Virus record (IMG/VR): IMGVR_UViG_2617270998_000006 | Coordinates: 1-46,468 of that record | Strand: one strand, 5' to 3' | Source: a virus | Taxonomy: Duplodnaviria; Heunggongvirae; Uroviricota; Caudoviricetes | DNA: 46,468 bases | Shown: positions 9,597-18,897 of the stretch, piece by piece | Layout of the letters: each line of letters starts with the position of its first letter | Numbering within the stretch: position 1 is the first letter of the stretch | Program-made: the position numbers and the translations under genes | The notes under the pieces: model-generated | Told to the model about the DNA's origin: nothing | Database searches by the model: none | Seen by the model: the letters and a program-made list of their open reading frames with translations, nothing else

Positions 9597-10454
9597 TTCG
9601 GGAAGTTTCAGCTTTGGATTGCGAGAATGGACGATTACAAAACTTTCCCGGCCTTTCTTCTCAATTGAACAGTCGAGATAGCCGATTGTTTTAAGCTGTT
9701 CTATCGCTTTCTTAATGATACGGTTTTGCTCGCCAACAGCTGACTGCAAAGCCAGGCGCTCACGGATTCGCGCGAACGATAGCGGCAACGGGTTCTGCGG
9801 AAGGCTTTCGATGAAAGTGTAAATGGCTTGTGCAGCTTCTTTCTTCGGAAGGGCACGCAAGGCGTGGTGTTGCAACAGAACGCGATAATCAAGCTGGAAC
9901 AGCTCCCAGAGCTTCGAATCGGCCTCCAGCTCTATCAGATCAAGGTCAGCATCAAAACGCCCGACCTTCAGCAGACCAGTCTGATAGCCGCCTTTAGCAT
10001 CTTTTCCGCGCTTAAAAGCGATACCCTTGTTACGCAAGCGTCCAAGTGATTCATGAATGGTTAAACGCAGTTTCGCATCCAGACGTTTTGAGGGGAAACC
10101 ACAGGCTTTAGCGAACTCCTGAAACGATAACTGGATGGTGTTTGAAGAAAAGCCGTATTTGCTGAACGCGTAGATGACACCGATCCACGTTTTGAAATCA
10201 GTATCCATATCGAGTCGAGGACCAGTGATTTTAATATCATCGTAACCCTCGGCTTTAGCTATCTCCAGCTGGGAAAACGCTTTGGTGGCATCAATCTCTT
10301 TACTTTCTCCTTTGCTCTTTGATGGCTTCGGAACGAATACCCCCAAGCGCATCAACGCCACAGGCTGCACAGTGTTGTTTGAATTAACTGTTAGTTCTTT
10401 TGCCTTACTTTCAATGTCTGCGTAAAGAATATCGGAGATAAATGATTGATTCAT
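9594..10454 (-). CDS. repA: plasmid replication initiator RepA (P1-type)
   Basis: 286-aa ORF flanked by iteron arrays on both sides, the P1 R-replicon architecture. Confidence 0.9.
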   Translation of the reverse strand: MNQSFISDILYADIESKAKELTVNSNNTVQPVALMRLGVFVPKPSKSKGESKEIDATKAFSQLEIAKAEGYDDIKITGPRLDMDTDFKTWIGVIYAFSKYGFSSNTIQLSFQEFAKACGFPSKRLDAKLRLTIHESLGRLRNKGIAFKRGKDAKGGYQTGLLKVGRFDADLDLIELEADSKLWELFQLDYRVLLQHHALRALPKKEAAQAIYTFIESLPQNPLPLSFARIRERLALQSAVGEQNRIIKKAIEQLKTIGYLDCSIEKKGRESFVIVHSRNPKLKLPE

Positions 10455-10513
10455 ATTACTTTTTCCGAATTATGTGGATAGTTTTTATAAGTGATGATAA
10501 CTACCCAGGCTTT

Positions 10514-10614
10514 CCCGTCAGCACACATCCTATATCCCGCCAGCACACATTAGCAACCCGTCAGCACACATTTTTATCCCGCCAGCACACATCGTTTTCC
10601 CTCCAGCACACATC
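10514..10614. repeat. incC-type iterons (five RepA-binding repeats within the origin and repA promoter)
   Basis: Five copies of CCCGYCAGCACACAT at about 21-22 bp spacing directly upstream of repA. Confidence 0.8.
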
Positions 10615-10639
10615 GCGATACACTTCTAGGCCAGACGTG

Positions 10640-10735
10640 GCGCGGCCTGCAACGATCAGGGATCTATATGGATCTAATTGGGATCTGTATGGACCTAATT
10701 ATTGGATCTATCCAGTGGATAATGTGGATAAGTGA
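10640..10735. promoter_or_regulatory. oriR core: GATC cluster plus tandem DnaA boxes
   Basis: Five GATC sites within about 55 bp (10653-10708) followed by two TTATCCAC-like DnaA boxes (minus strand, 10716-10733); another DnaA-like box lies near 10471-10481. Confidence 0.7.
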
Positions 10736-10771
10736 AAAACCGGCCAACATAGCCGGTTGGAAGGAAGGGTA

Positions 10772-11164
10772 TTATTCTACGCTTTCGATAAGAAGACCAT
10801 GTTCATAACATTTAAGCTCATCGCCTTCGTACAGGAATTGGTATCCAATACCACCATTTTCATGGACATTAGGGAATAACTCATAACTCACTGAAGAGCA
10901 AATCACACCAATGCAGCGATCAACGCCTTCTCGTTCTTCAGTGCTGAAAAAATCCTCTTCGGTAAGGACATGAGTACATTGCTCATCAGCATAGGTCGGA
11001 AATACATGCTCGATGCAATCCGGGTGTTTTAAACCAAGCTGATCGGCAAGCTCGAAAGCACGACGGTATTGTTCAGATCCTGGCTTGCCAACAGTGATTT
11101 GCTCAATTTTGTAGATTAAAGTCGCTTTGTTGATAGTTTGCTTTACTGTTACTTTATCAGACAT
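10772..11164 (-). CDS. hypothetical protein (P1 upfA-like by position)
   Basis: 130-aa ORF immediately beyond oriR. Confidence 0.5.
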   Translation of the reverse strand: MSDKVTVKQTINKATLIYKIEQITVGKPGSEQYRRAFELADQLGLKHPDCIEHVFPTYADEQCTHVLTEEDFFSTEEREGVDRCIGVICSSVSYELFPNVHENGGIGYQFLYEGDELKCYEHGLLIESVE

Positions 11165-11175
11165 AAAAATCCCTT

Positions 11176-11508
11176 TTAGTTACCGCTAATAGCTCGGTTG
11201 TAATCATTAACGTTGCGATTCTTCCTATTAATCCCCATCAGCATCGTTTCTGTATCGAGGATATACGCTGGCAGATCATCAAAATATTCACTGCTAAACT
11301 CTGGCATCCTGCACATAAATGCACTTTTTGGGTCAGGGTGGTTAACCTTTGTCGGCGTCGGCGTTAAATTCGCTGATCGACTCCCGGAGCAACCGCTGAG
11401 TGTCAGCAGGAATACGCTGGCGAACATTACCCGCCGCAACCAGTTGTTTCTGAACTTCAGCTTTTCGTTCCATTTGCCTGTCAGCATATTTGGCTTGTTC
11501 TGATTCAT
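11176..11508 (-). CDS. putative lipoprotein (P1 mlp-like by position)
   Basis: Lipobox LLTLSGC after a hydrophobic stretch; the real start is probably the internal Met (MFASVFLL...). Confidence 0.5.
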   Translation of the reverse strand: MNQNKPNMLTGKWNEKLKFRNNWLRRVMFASVFLLTLSGCSGSRSANLTPTPTKVNHPDPKSAFMCRMPEFSSEYFDDLPAYILDTETMLMGINRKNRNVNDYNRAISGN

Positions 11509-11791
11509 TTTTCACTTCCTGGCTGTGAAAATGTTGCTCTGCTTTGTTCATCGTCTCAATGGTCTGGTTAAGATCCATTATTGACTTATCACGTTCCTTA
11601 ACAGCCTGATCAAGACTGCCAATTTTCTCCATGGCTTGCTTTAGCTGATGACGTTCCCACGCAAACCCAGCACCAACAAGTGCGCAAATCAGAACAAGAA
11701 CACCAGTAGCAGCAAGTTTCTCCTTCAAAGACAAAGCTGTTTTTAACGTAGAAAAGAATGACATGTCTTCCTCCTGAAGAAAAATTATCAA
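11342..11791 (-). CDS. putative exported or membrane-anchored coiled-coil protein (P1 ppfA-like by position)
   Basis: N-terminal hydrophobic segment then coiled-coil-like sequence; overlaps the lipoprotein ORF in another frame. The likely real start is the internal Met (MSFFSTLK...), so the 5' end is uncertain. Confidence 0.4.
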   Translation of the reverse strand: MIIFLQEEDMSFFSTLKTALSLKEKLAATGVLVLICALVGAGFAWERHQLKQAMEKIGSLDQAVKERDKSIMDLNQTIETMNKAEQHFHSQEVKNESEQAKYADRQMERKAEVQKQLVAAGNVRQRIPADTQRLLRESISEFNADADKG

Positions 11792-11803
11792 TGAAGTCCT
11801 TTG

Positions 11804-12592
11804 TTACCGTGCCGCTTTGTTTAATTCATCAAGAACAGAATCAGGAACCAAAGCGGCGACTGCGCTGGCTGTGCTGGCCTTATTTGCTGATGCTTCCGCA
11901 AGCGCGGTACCGATAGCATGGTTATAAGCAGTTATGGCTACGTTGGCGCTTTCATTCGCTCGTTCATACTGCTGTTGTAACGCAGTTGTGGGTGCTGTTG
12001 TCTGGTTGAAAACAACCCCAAACTGTTCAGTTGCTACTTTCAGAGATTCAATTTGCTCTTCTGTTAGTGCTGGTGGGGGAGTGGCAGTGCCGCCGCCTGA
12101 ACCAGAGCCTGACGAGCTTCCTGAGCCAGTGTTAAGGGTCTGGTTAATCTCCCCCATAGCAGCGACTAAACTTGATGTATTAAGCGCGTTTACAGCGTCC
12201 TCAAGCGATTTAGTAATAGTCACATCACCAATGGCAATAGAGATCGGCAGTTCTGAAACTTCTCGCTCATTAGCACGACAGTAAACATCCCAACCAATAT
12301 CGAGTTGAAGGAGCATTGACAGATCAGCATAACCAGCCAACAGGTCCGCGTGCTGAGTTGCCAGCCCTCCAATATTCGTTAAACCGGTTGCGGTTGTTCT
12401 GATCGTTGAAACATAGCTGGTAATAGTGTCGGGATAGACAATTGTATCCAGAATTAATCCGGTCAATTCTTCTGCAAGCAGTTTTGCTGTGTTAGCACTG
12501 TTTCGTGCCGATGTTATGGCACCAGGTGTTTTCATCCCACCGGCGGCGGCCAATTTTTTATATGCGGATAACTGGTAGTCTTTTTCCAGCAT
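11804..12592 (-). CDS. hypothetical protein with Gly/Ser-rich linker
   Basis: 262-aa ORF containing SGSSSGSGSGGGTATPPP low-complexity linker. Confidence 0.5.
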   Translation of the reverse strand: MLEKDYQLSAYKKLAAAGGMKTPGAITSARNSANTAKLLAEELTGLILDTIVYPDTITSYVSTIRTTATGLTNIGGLATQHADLLAGYADLSMLLQLDIGWDVYCRANEREVSELPISIAIGDVTITKSLEDAVNALNTSSLVAAMGEINQTLNTGSGSSSGSGSGGGTATPPPALTEEQIESLKVATEQFGVVFNQTTAPTTALQQQYERANESANVAITAYNHAIGTALAEASANKASTASAVAALVPDSVLDELNKAAR

Positions 12593-12885
12593 GATATCTC
12601 CTTACTTACCTGAACCAGGCCGTCTCCGGCTGCAACGGTAGAGCCGCATAAAACAGGATCACCAACGCATACGATCCCTTTCCCGTTGACGGTAAACCAT
12701 GCCCTGGTTGATATAGCTTGCCCGCCGTGCGTGCTGTTCCCATCGGTATGCTGTGCATATTGCTTACCATCAACTAACACTTCGACTCCGTTGACTTTAA
12801 GTAGTGGTTCGCTCTCTACGGGAGGCCTGGATGGGAATCCTCCGTGCCCCGAACAAATGCTGTCTTTTGTTGCAATACTTGCCAC
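12532..12885 (-). CDS. hypothetical Gly-rich small protein
   Basis: 117-aa ORF overlapping the upstream gene by about 60 nt; start uncertain. Confidence 0.35.
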   Translation of the reverse strand: MASIATKDSICSGHGGFPSRPPVESEPLLKVNGVEVLVDGKQYAQHTDGNSTHGGQAISTRAWFTVNGKGIVCVGDPVLCGSTVAAGDGLVQVSKEISCWKKTTSYPHIKNWPPPVG

Positions 12886-12966
12886 GTCATCACCAATGAT
12901 TTGCTCTGATTTTCGTTATTTTAACTTAGGTTATTTGTGGTCTGCATGGCGTTTACTTATTGCAAA

Positions 12967-12983
12967 ATTGCTCTAATAAATAT
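12967..12983 (+). promoter_or_regulatory. C1 repressor operator (ATTGCTCTAATAAAT-type)
   Basis: ATTGCTCTAATAAATAT matches the asymmetric 17-bp P1 C1 operator consensus; sits just upstream of the next plus-strand gene. Confidence 0.6.
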
Positions 12984-13054
12984 TGTTTTTTATGTCGTGT
13001 TTTCGGTACCATTCAGCCATCGCCCTTCAATGGGCATTTGTTTGGAGTCGTCAG

Positions 13055-13339
13055 ATGCAGATGGAGCTAATAAGCCGCAAGGAGTTCGATAGCCGTGTAA
13101 CCAGCGGTGAACTCGACAACTTGCAGGCTATCAAGGTGAAAGAAGGCTTTTGCCTCATTGGGAATCAGAGCGGAACAAATCACGTTTTTATGCTTCGCCG
13201 TACGGATTTGAAGCCATTTGTCTGGAAGAACGAAATTGGTCCCAGCTCATACGCTCAAACGAGGGGGTGCTACAACCTGGCCTTTTTCTACAAAGACGAG
13301 CTTTCTGTGGTTGATATTCAAGGGTTACAACATGTTTAA
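13055..13339 (+). CDS. hypothetical protein (P1 uhr-like by position)
   Basis: Start moved to internal ATG (MQMELISRK...) preceded by GGAG; immediately downstream of a C1 operator. Confidence 0.45.
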   Translation: MQMELISRKEFDSRVTSGELDNLQAIKVKEGFCLIGNQSGTNHVFMLRRTDLKPFVWKNEIGPSSYAQTRGCYNLAFFYKDELSVVDIQGLQHV

Positions 13340-13529
13340 GCACTGGAAAAACATTTCTATTTATAAAGTTTCTTGTGAGGCGGATCTGACCGACTTAGAA
13401 GATAAAAATAAAATGATCCTATTCACGCCATGCGGTAGCCAGGATATGGCCAAGTTCGGTTTTGTATCGCCATTTGGTGATAATTCCGAAGTGATCGCTA
13501 TGCATGGAAATGGCTTTATCCGGACATGA
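13332..13529 (+). CDS. hypothetical small protein (possible N-terminal part of a split nuclease)
   Basis: 65-aa ORF whose stop overlaps the next start in an ATGA arrangement. Confidence 0.3.
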   Translation: MFKHWKNISIYKVSCEADLTDLEDKNKMILFTPCGSQDMAKFGFVSPFGDNSEVIAMHGNGFIRT

Positions 13530-13771
13530 GTCTCGATAAAGCATGCGGTATTTATCACGGCATGCGAATTGAGCTTAAAGAACCAAATGGTAAAGCCCCG
13601 ACGAAAGAGCAGATCGCCTGGATGCACAGGCTTAGAGAGGAAGGTTACTACGTCGTTCTTGCGTATGGTGCAGAACAAGCGATAACCGCCATCCTGGAAT
13701 ACATGAGCCTTAAAAAGGGTGAGGCTATTGAGCATGTATTGAACGGTGACAAGTGGTTGTACGCTGCGTGA
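13526..13771 (+). CDS. VRR-NUC-like small protein (P1 hrdC-like by position)
   Basis: Motif RIELKEPNGKAPTKEQIAWMHRLREEGYYVVLAYGAEQAITAILEY resembles the C-terminal half of VRR-NUC nuclease domains. Confidence 0.45.
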   Translation: MSLDKACGIYHGMRIELKEPNGKAPTKEQIAWMHRLREEGYYVVLAYGAEQAITAILEYMSLKKGEAIEHVLNGDKWLYAA

Positions 13772-13934
13772 AATAATAAATTAATTAGTGCATGTGTGCT
13801 CTTTGATGTAGCGCACATTAACATCGGGAGAATAATCGTGTCATCCAAGGCTAATTATGAATCGCTGGCATCGGTCATGCCGCGTAATGAACAGGAAGCA
13901 GATGCTGTAGTGGACCCGGTAATCGCTGAAATGA

Positions 13935-14597
13935 ATGCTCGCCTGGAGGCTGAATTTGCAGCTGAGAATGAACATACCACCCAGGGCGACTAGGACTGTT
14001 TTTTGTGTCGGTAGCGGTCCGTCACTCACTCGTGAGGACTGTGCTGCTATAGAAAAAACTGGCTGTTCAATCATCGCGGTTAACAATTCCTGGCAGATGT
14101 TCGATGACATTTATGCCTTATACGCCGGTGATTTGTCATGGTGGAAGCAATACGGATCCACCATACCGGGAGGGAGATTCCGCAAAGTGACAGCCAACCT
14201 GGCGGCGGCGAAATCATTTTCGTTGGAGTACAGGCGATATTGTGGACCGGCTGAAGGGGTTAATAGCGGCGCGCAGGCTATCAGTCTGGCGGCTGAATCA
14301 GGGGCTGAAGTAGTTGTATTAGTCGGCTATGACTGTTCTCTGCAAAACGGCCTTCATTGGCATGGCGCGCACCCTCAAGTCCTACGGAATCCAACGCAGG
14401 TGTCTATTTCAAAATGGCAACAGCAGTTCCTGGATACCCGCAAAAAACACGCAGATTTACATATTTTGAATGCAAGTAGGAGCAGTGCAATTCAATGTTT
14501 CCCAAGAATAAATTTAGAGGCAGTGATCGCGTTATTATCGTCGGCAGTGGCCCAAGCGCCGCAAACTTTGTTGCGCCGCGCGGAGTGCCGATTATAG
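13935..14597 (+). CDS. DUF115/MptE-like (Maf-type) Rossmann-like protein, paralogue 1
   Basis: Motifs VGSGPSL, IIAVN and LVGYD; start codon uncertain. Confidence 0.45.
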   Translation: MLAWRLNLQLRMNIPPRATRTVFCVGSGPSLTREDCAAIEKTGCSIIAVNNSWQMFDDIYALYAGDLSWWKQYGSTIPGGRFRKVTANLAAAKSFSLEYRRYCGPAEGVNSGAQAISLAAESGAEVVVLVGYDCSLQNGLHWHGAHPQVLRNPTQVSISKWQQQFLDTRKKHADLHILNASRSSAIQCFPRINLEAVIALLSSAVAQAPQTLLRRAECRL

Positions 14598-15121
14598 CGG
14601 TCAATGGGGCCATCGACTGGCTGAACCGCGCTTCTTATTTTTTCACACTTGATCCACCGCCAGACAATATGCGGCGCGTTGGTCGTGGCCGCCGTCGCCG
14701 TGGGGTTTGTTATTGCATGGCACTACCCGATGTTAAAGAACGTGAAGTCAGAGACGGCGTTCTGTGCTTCCGTCGTGTGGCTGAACGTGGCATGGAGCCA
14801 AAAAATACGAATTCTCCCGAGTGGTGGGCGTGGCGCTGGTCCGGACATTTCGGCCTTTGCGAAGATGAGAATGAAATTGCCAGCGGCAATAGTGCATATG
14901 GTGCTCTGAACCTGGCTTTCCATATCGGATTCAAACATGTAGCCCTGGTGGGCGTTGACGCTACGCAAGAACCACGAGTTCACTCCGGCGGCACGCCAAA
15001 AAATCTAAGTCACCTACCTTTGTTATTCCAGTCTGCGCGTGAACAGATTGACGTTGTTTCATGCGGGAAAATGGGAGGTATTCCGCAGATGACTCTTAAA
15101 GAATGGCTGAAGAATACATGA
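14495..15121 (+). CDS. DUF115/MptE-like (Maf-type) Rossmann-like protein, paralogue 2
   Basis: Motifs VGSGPSA, IIAVN and LVGVD in the same order as the preceding ORF; overlaps it by about 100 nt in another frame. Confidence 0.45.
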   Translation: MFPKNKFRGSDRVIIVGSGPSAANFVAPRGVPIIAVNGAIDWLNRASYFFTLDPPPDNMRRVGRGRRRRGVCYCMALPDVKEREVRDGVLCFRRVAERGMEPKNTNSPEWWAWRWSGHFGLCEDENEIASGNSAYGALNLAFHIGFKHVALVGVDATQEPRVHSGGTPKNLSHLPLLFQSAREQIDVVSCGKMGGIPQMTLKEWLKNT

Positions 15122-15795
15122 TGGCACCCACAATTTATCACCGTATCGACGGTACCAAATACAGGAATGTCTGGGTTGTTGGTGATCTGCATGGTTGCTA
15201 CACCAGACTGATGTCCGAACTCCATCGTGTGGATTTTGACCCGGCGCAGGATTTACTGATATCGGTCGGCGACCTTATCGATCGCGGTACTGAAAATGTC
15301 GAATGTCTGGAACTATTGCAGATGCCCTGGTTCAGGGCAGTGATGGGGAACCATGAGCGGCTGATGATTGATGCGTTAAGTCCAGATGGCAACGTGAATA
15401 ACTGGCTAATGAATGGCGGACAATGGTTCTTCATGCTGGACACTGATCAGGAAATATTAGCCTGGGCGCTGGTGGAGCTGGTAAAGCGTCTGCCCTATAT
15501 CATTGAGTTGAACACCGGGCAAGAAACTATCGTTATAGCCCATGCCGACTATCCGGATAATGAATACCAATTCGGTAAGGAGGTGCCGCTTTTCAACGTT
15601 GTCTGGGCGCGCGAGCGTATCAGTGATTCGATGGATGATATTGGTGGCGAAATTTCGGGCGCAGATCGTTTTATCTTTGGTCACACTCCGGTGAAAAGCC
15701 CGAAGACATTCTGGAATCAGCAGTATATCGACACTGGTGCCGTATTTTGCGGAAACCTGACATTGATGAAAGTGAAAGGTGATGGTGCAGCATGA
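15103..15795 (+). CDS. ppp: Ser/Thr protein phosphatase, lambda-PPase-like calcineurin-type metallophosphatase (P1 Ppp-like)
   Basis: Metallophosphatase signature motifs GDLHG, GDLIDRG, GNHE and a later GHTP. Confidence 0.8.
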   Translation: MAEEYMMAPTIYHRIDGTKYRNVWVVGDLHGCYTRLMSELHRVDFDPAQDLLISVGDLIDRGTENVECLELLQMPWFRAVMGNHERLMIDALSPDGNVNNWLMNGGQWFFMLDTDQEILAWALVELVKRLPYIIELNTGQETIVIAHADYPDNEYQFGKEVPLFNVVWARERISDSMDDIGGEISGADRFIFGHTPVKSPKTFWNQQYIDTGAVFCGNLTLMKVKGDGAA

Positions 15796-16493
15796 AGATT
15801 GCTTTAGTTTTTCGCTCTGGTGGTGACTATAACGCTTCCGATGTGCAGTGGCTGGTTAATCAACTGCCAAAAGGCTATGAAATTATTTGCCTGACAGACC
15901 TGAAGCGTTTACATGTACCTGGCGTCAAAGTTGTCCCATTGATCAACCAGTGGCAAAAGTGCCGTGGCTGGTGGGCGAAAATAGAGTTGTTCCGACCGGA
16001 TATAACCGATGATCTGTTCTATCTGGATTTGGACACGGTTATTGCCGGTGATATACGCCCAATCCTAGAGCATCCACCAACCAGCTTCACCATGCTTAGG
16101 GATTTTTACCATCCACAATATCGTGGCAGCGGTGCCCTGTGGATACCAAATAGTGTTAAAGCGCATATCTGGAGTTCATTCTGGCAAGATCCGGAAGGTT
16201 GGATTTCTCGTTGTGTCACTACTGAGTGCTGGGGTGACCAGGGGTTCTTACGAAAGGTTATGGGCGATGATACACCAGCATTTCAGGATCTGTATCCAGG
16301 ATGGTTTGTAAGTTACAAGGCCGATGTTGTGGAACCTGGTTCAAAATATGCGAGCGCGCGTTACTCCAGGGGGAATGGGGCATTACCAAAAGACTGCCGA
16401 ATAATCTTTTTCCACGGCAAACCGCGACCTCGCGAAGTGTCAGAGGATTGGCTTCCCCTTATCAGCTCATTTTTTGAGCGAGAATCAGAATAA
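15792..16493 (+). CDS. glycosyltransferase-like protein with DxD motif
   Basis: 233-aa ORF with YLDLDTVI (DxD) after an N-terminal Rossmann-like stretch; assignment by motif only. Confidence 0.4.
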   Translation: MKIALVFRSGGDYNASDVQWLVNQLPKGYEIICLTDLKRLHVPGVKVVPLINQWQKCRGWWAKIELFRPDITDDLFYLDLDTVIAGDIRPILEHPPTSFTMLRDFYHPQYRGSGALWIPNSVKAHIWSSFWQDPEGWISRCVTTECWGDQGFLRKVMGDDTPAFQDLYPGWFVSYKADVVEPGSKYASARYSRGNGALPKDCRIIFFHGKPRPREVSEDWLPLISSFFERESE

Positions 16494-16494
16494 T

Positions 16495-16511
16495 ATTGCT
16501 CTAATAATTCC
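16495..16511 (+). promoter_or_regulatory. C1 repressor operator
   Basis: ATTGCTCTAATAATTCC immediately after the stop of the preceding gene. Confidence 0.6.
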
Positions 16512-16521
16512 ATATTTTTAA

Positions 16522-16549
16522 AACGTGATGTACGCTCATCACGTTTTTT
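16522..16549 (+). terminator. rho-independent terminator
   Basis: Hairpin AACGTGATG-loop-CATCACGTT followed by TTTTT. Confidence 0.6.
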
Positions 16550-16560
16550 ATTAGAGCAAT
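16544..16560 (-). promoter_or_regulatory. C1 repressor operator, inverted relative to the upstream copy
   Basis: Reverse complement reads ATTGCTCTAATAAAAAA; overlaps the terminator T-run. Confidence 0.55.
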
Positions 16561-16574
16561 CTACAAGGTGCACT

Positions 16575-16793
16575 ATGTGGCCATTCCGACGGAAATATCA
16601 CTACTGGCTGATCGCCTTTGTTACGCCGACCGGCGGTATCAGGCATGTCATCACCAGGTATAGCAACAAGAGACTCACCTTAGCCAGAATTTTACAGGCT
16701 GCCATAGGTGAGGGACTGGATACAAATTGCGTAGTCCTTCCTCCTTCATACTTAGGAAAAATGACCGAAGCACAAGCTAATACGGAACTTTGA
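16575..16793 (+). CDS. hypothetical small protein
   Basis: 72-aa ORF with AAGGTG SD, stop 1 nt before the next start. Confidence 0.35.
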   Translation: MWPFRRKYHYWLIAFVTPTGGIRHVITRYSNKRLTLARILQAAIGEGLDTNCVVLPPSYLGKMTEAQANTEL

Positions 16794-16794
16794 A

Positions 16795-18057
16795 ATGATC
16801 ACTTCAGCACAAAACCAATCAATCGAAAATGTATCTATCCCTGACGTCCTGAATGCCGGTATCCCGGCCATTATCCAGAACATCCGGGCCGCGCAACGCC
16901 GCGTTAGTTGTGATGACCTCACAGCGCGTTTTTTTGATAATGCGGTTCAGTCAGCGGAGATGCTTCACGCACAGCTTATTGATGTTTATAACGCAGAAGC
17001 TGATAGCCATAACTCCCTGGTAGATGCAGCTGAAAATATGCAGTTGGATCTCGGTCTGAAGGGTAAAGAAATTGAAGAGCTTCAGCTGGAAATTGAACAT
17101 TTGAAACGCCAGCAACAGGACGCGATCGACGATGCGACGCATGACGCCAACCAGCGTGCTGATAATGCCGAACGTATAAGCATTGAGCTGGAAACAAAAC
17201 TCAATGAAATGACCGCGATGGTTGAACTGCGGAACTCACAGATTTCAACGCTAAAATCTCAATATAAAGAGATCATGAAACTTGATCCTTTTAACCTTGA
17301 GAAACGCTATAACAAAGCTAAAAGCGAGCGACAGGAACTGCGTAAGCAGGTCGCCGACCTTAACCAACAGCTCAAAAAAACTATTAAAGATGCAAGCGAA
17401 GCGCGTGTGGCATTTGCTAATAAAAAAGCAGAGGTTACCGCGCTGGTTAATGAGAATGCCAAATTTGCGACGCTCAAGAAGGAAATGTATGGCATTACTG
17501 AGCGCCGTTTCCCTGCAAGCAAACTTCATCCGACGTTAGGGCAAATCTCCTTCTTCCCGCGCCTCCTGGCTTATGGGATCTCATCGCCTAAAGAGTTCAA
17601 TAACGAGCGTCCTTATATCGTTTCTAAGCTGGGCTTTGCTTATCAGCTCTGCTGCGACATGGGCTATGCCATTGATATCCGGATCAATGAATGGTTGATG
17701 CCAAACTTCCAGCCGTTGGCCATTTTCCGCGAGTTCCAGCCGGAAGGTTGGGTAGAGTTCTTCCATGAATTGATCTGTAAAGAGATGGAAAGCCGCCGCC
17801 CGGAACTGGTCCGTCGAGTTGAGTGGGCGCAAGAGGTTATGTTGGCAGAGGCAGAGCTGCCGTTCGAACCGGAATTTATTGATGATCTGGCAGCTAAAGG
17901 GCTGCATACCCTGTTTGATGTGGTTACCCGCCGTCATGAGCAGTTGGTTGTCGAATTGGGTTTAGAGGAAACAGCGGCAAGAAGACTTCTCGATGTTTGC
18001 TATGCACGTAGCGATGCATGGGAAAAAGAGAACGGCGGCACTATTTACGTTCGCTGA
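16795..18057 (+). CDS. hypothetical coiled-coil protein
   Basis: 420-aa ORF; N-terminal half heptad-rich (LKRQQQDAIDD..., ELRKQVADLNQQLKK), C-terminal half globular; no catalytic motif recognised. Confidence 0.5.
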   Translation: MITSAQNQSIENVSIPDVLNAGIPAIIQNIRAAQRRVSCDDLTARFFDNAVQSAEMLHAQLIDVYNAEADSHNSLVDAAENMQLDLGLKGKEIEELQLEIEHLKRQQQDAIDDATHDANQRADNAERISIELETKLNEMTAMVELRNSQISTLKSQYKEIMKLDPFNLEKRYNKAKSERQELRKQVADLNQQLKKTIKDASEARVAFANKKAEVTALVNENAKFATLKKEMYGITERRFPASKLHPTLGQISFFPRLLAYGISSPKEFNNERPYIVSKLGFAYQLCCDMGYAIDIRINEWLMPNFQPLAIFREFQPEGWVEFFHELICKEMESRRPELVRRVEWAQEVMLAEAELPFEPEFIDDLAAKGLHTLFDVVTRRHEQLVVELGLEETAARRLLDVCYARSDAWEKENGGTIYVR

Positions 18058-18130
18058 TAGTTACAGTGTCACTTTTAATGCTGGTGGAGTGCGTCCCACC
18101 AGCATTTTTTTCGTCCAATGAGGAGGGCAT

Positions 18131-18403
18131 TTGAGTATTTTCAATAAACACGCACACCAGGAACGTCCGTATATCGTCATAGTAGATATTGATGGGACGA
18201 TAACTCCGGATAGTTGGATAAGCTGTAGTGAGCGAATGCCCGCTCAAGATGATTGGATTTTAATTTATTCAAAGCACGGTGAGTATATGGCAGGACAGGT
18301 GCAAGGGGAATACGTGGAGTTGAGCGATGGCACTTTATCGTGGTTAGGGAATGCCTTGTTCTGGATGCCGCTACCAGAACCGCCGCAGGAGGTGAATCAA
18401 TGA
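18131..18403 (+). CDS. hypothetical protein
   Basis: 90-aa ORF with GAGGAGGG upstream. Confidence 0.45.
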   Translation: MSIFNKHAHQERPYIVIVDIDGTITPDSWISCSERMPAQDDWILIYSKHGEYMAGQVQGEYVELSDGTLSWLGNALFWMPLPEPPQEVNQ

Positions 18404-18483
18404 GCTGGCCTGAAGCATTCACCACGGTAGGAATTGTGATGGCGGCAGCACTGGGTTTGTATTCAATTTGTCGCTGGTGGTAA
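18400..18483 (+). CDS. small hydrophobic protein (27 aa, single predicted TM helix)
   Basis: MSWPEAFTTVGIVMAAALGLYSICRWW; ATG overlaps the upstream stop (ATGA). Below the ORF-track size cutoff. Confidence 0.3.
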   Translation: MSWPEAFTTVGIVMAAALGLYSICRWW

Positions 18484-18485
18484 CG

Positions 18486-18719
18486 ATGGGAAAAATAACT
18501 TTTGTAGTCGAATTTGAGGATGGTAAAGAGCCACCTGTTAGCGCCAATCTTGATGTTGCTGGTGGCAGGCTTGTTTCGGTTCTATTTGGTGACTACCGAG
18601 ATGATTTCTTCCAACCAGAAGAAGTTGATGTGGTGCGAGAGGCATTAAACGAGTTAAGTGTTGATAACGATGATGCTCATGCGGAAATCATCCAAAAAAT
18701 GGAACTGCTAACTCACTAA
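18486..18719 (+). CDS. hypothetical acidic small protein
   Basis: Internal ATG (MGKITFVVEF...) preceded by GGTGG; the ORF track begins at an upstream TTG. Confidence 0.4.
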   Translation: MGKITFVVEFEDGKEPPVSANLDVAGGRLVSVLFGDYRDDFFQPEEVDVVREALNELSVDNDDAHAEIIQKMELLTH

Positions 18720-18897
18720 ATTATCAATTATGGTGCTATCACCTACGACACCAAGAGAAAATTTATAATGTCAAAAGTAAATGTTTTGATTTTTTCAGTA
18801 ATTGTAGGTTTTGGTTTTTCTGCTGGAGTGCATATTTATATTACGTGGGAAAAAATCATCAACTACGTATGGAGTTGTTTTATTAAGTGAGGTAAGT

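Noticed and set aside
9243-9694. Several overlapping plus-strand ORFs (9247..9681, 9434..9694, 9465..9668) and a minus-strand ORF 9243..9593
   Set aside because: They run through the incA iteron array, and their repetitive translations (CAGG, WRE...) are a by-product of the repeats; the region is a RepA-binding copy-control locus, not coding.
13772-15103. Claim that the P1 dmt methyltransferase has been replaced at this locus
   Set aside because: No DPPY or cytosine-C5 methyltransferase motifs are visible, but my memory of the exact P1 gene order here is not firm enough to assert a replacement; reported only as an open question within the DUF115 finding.
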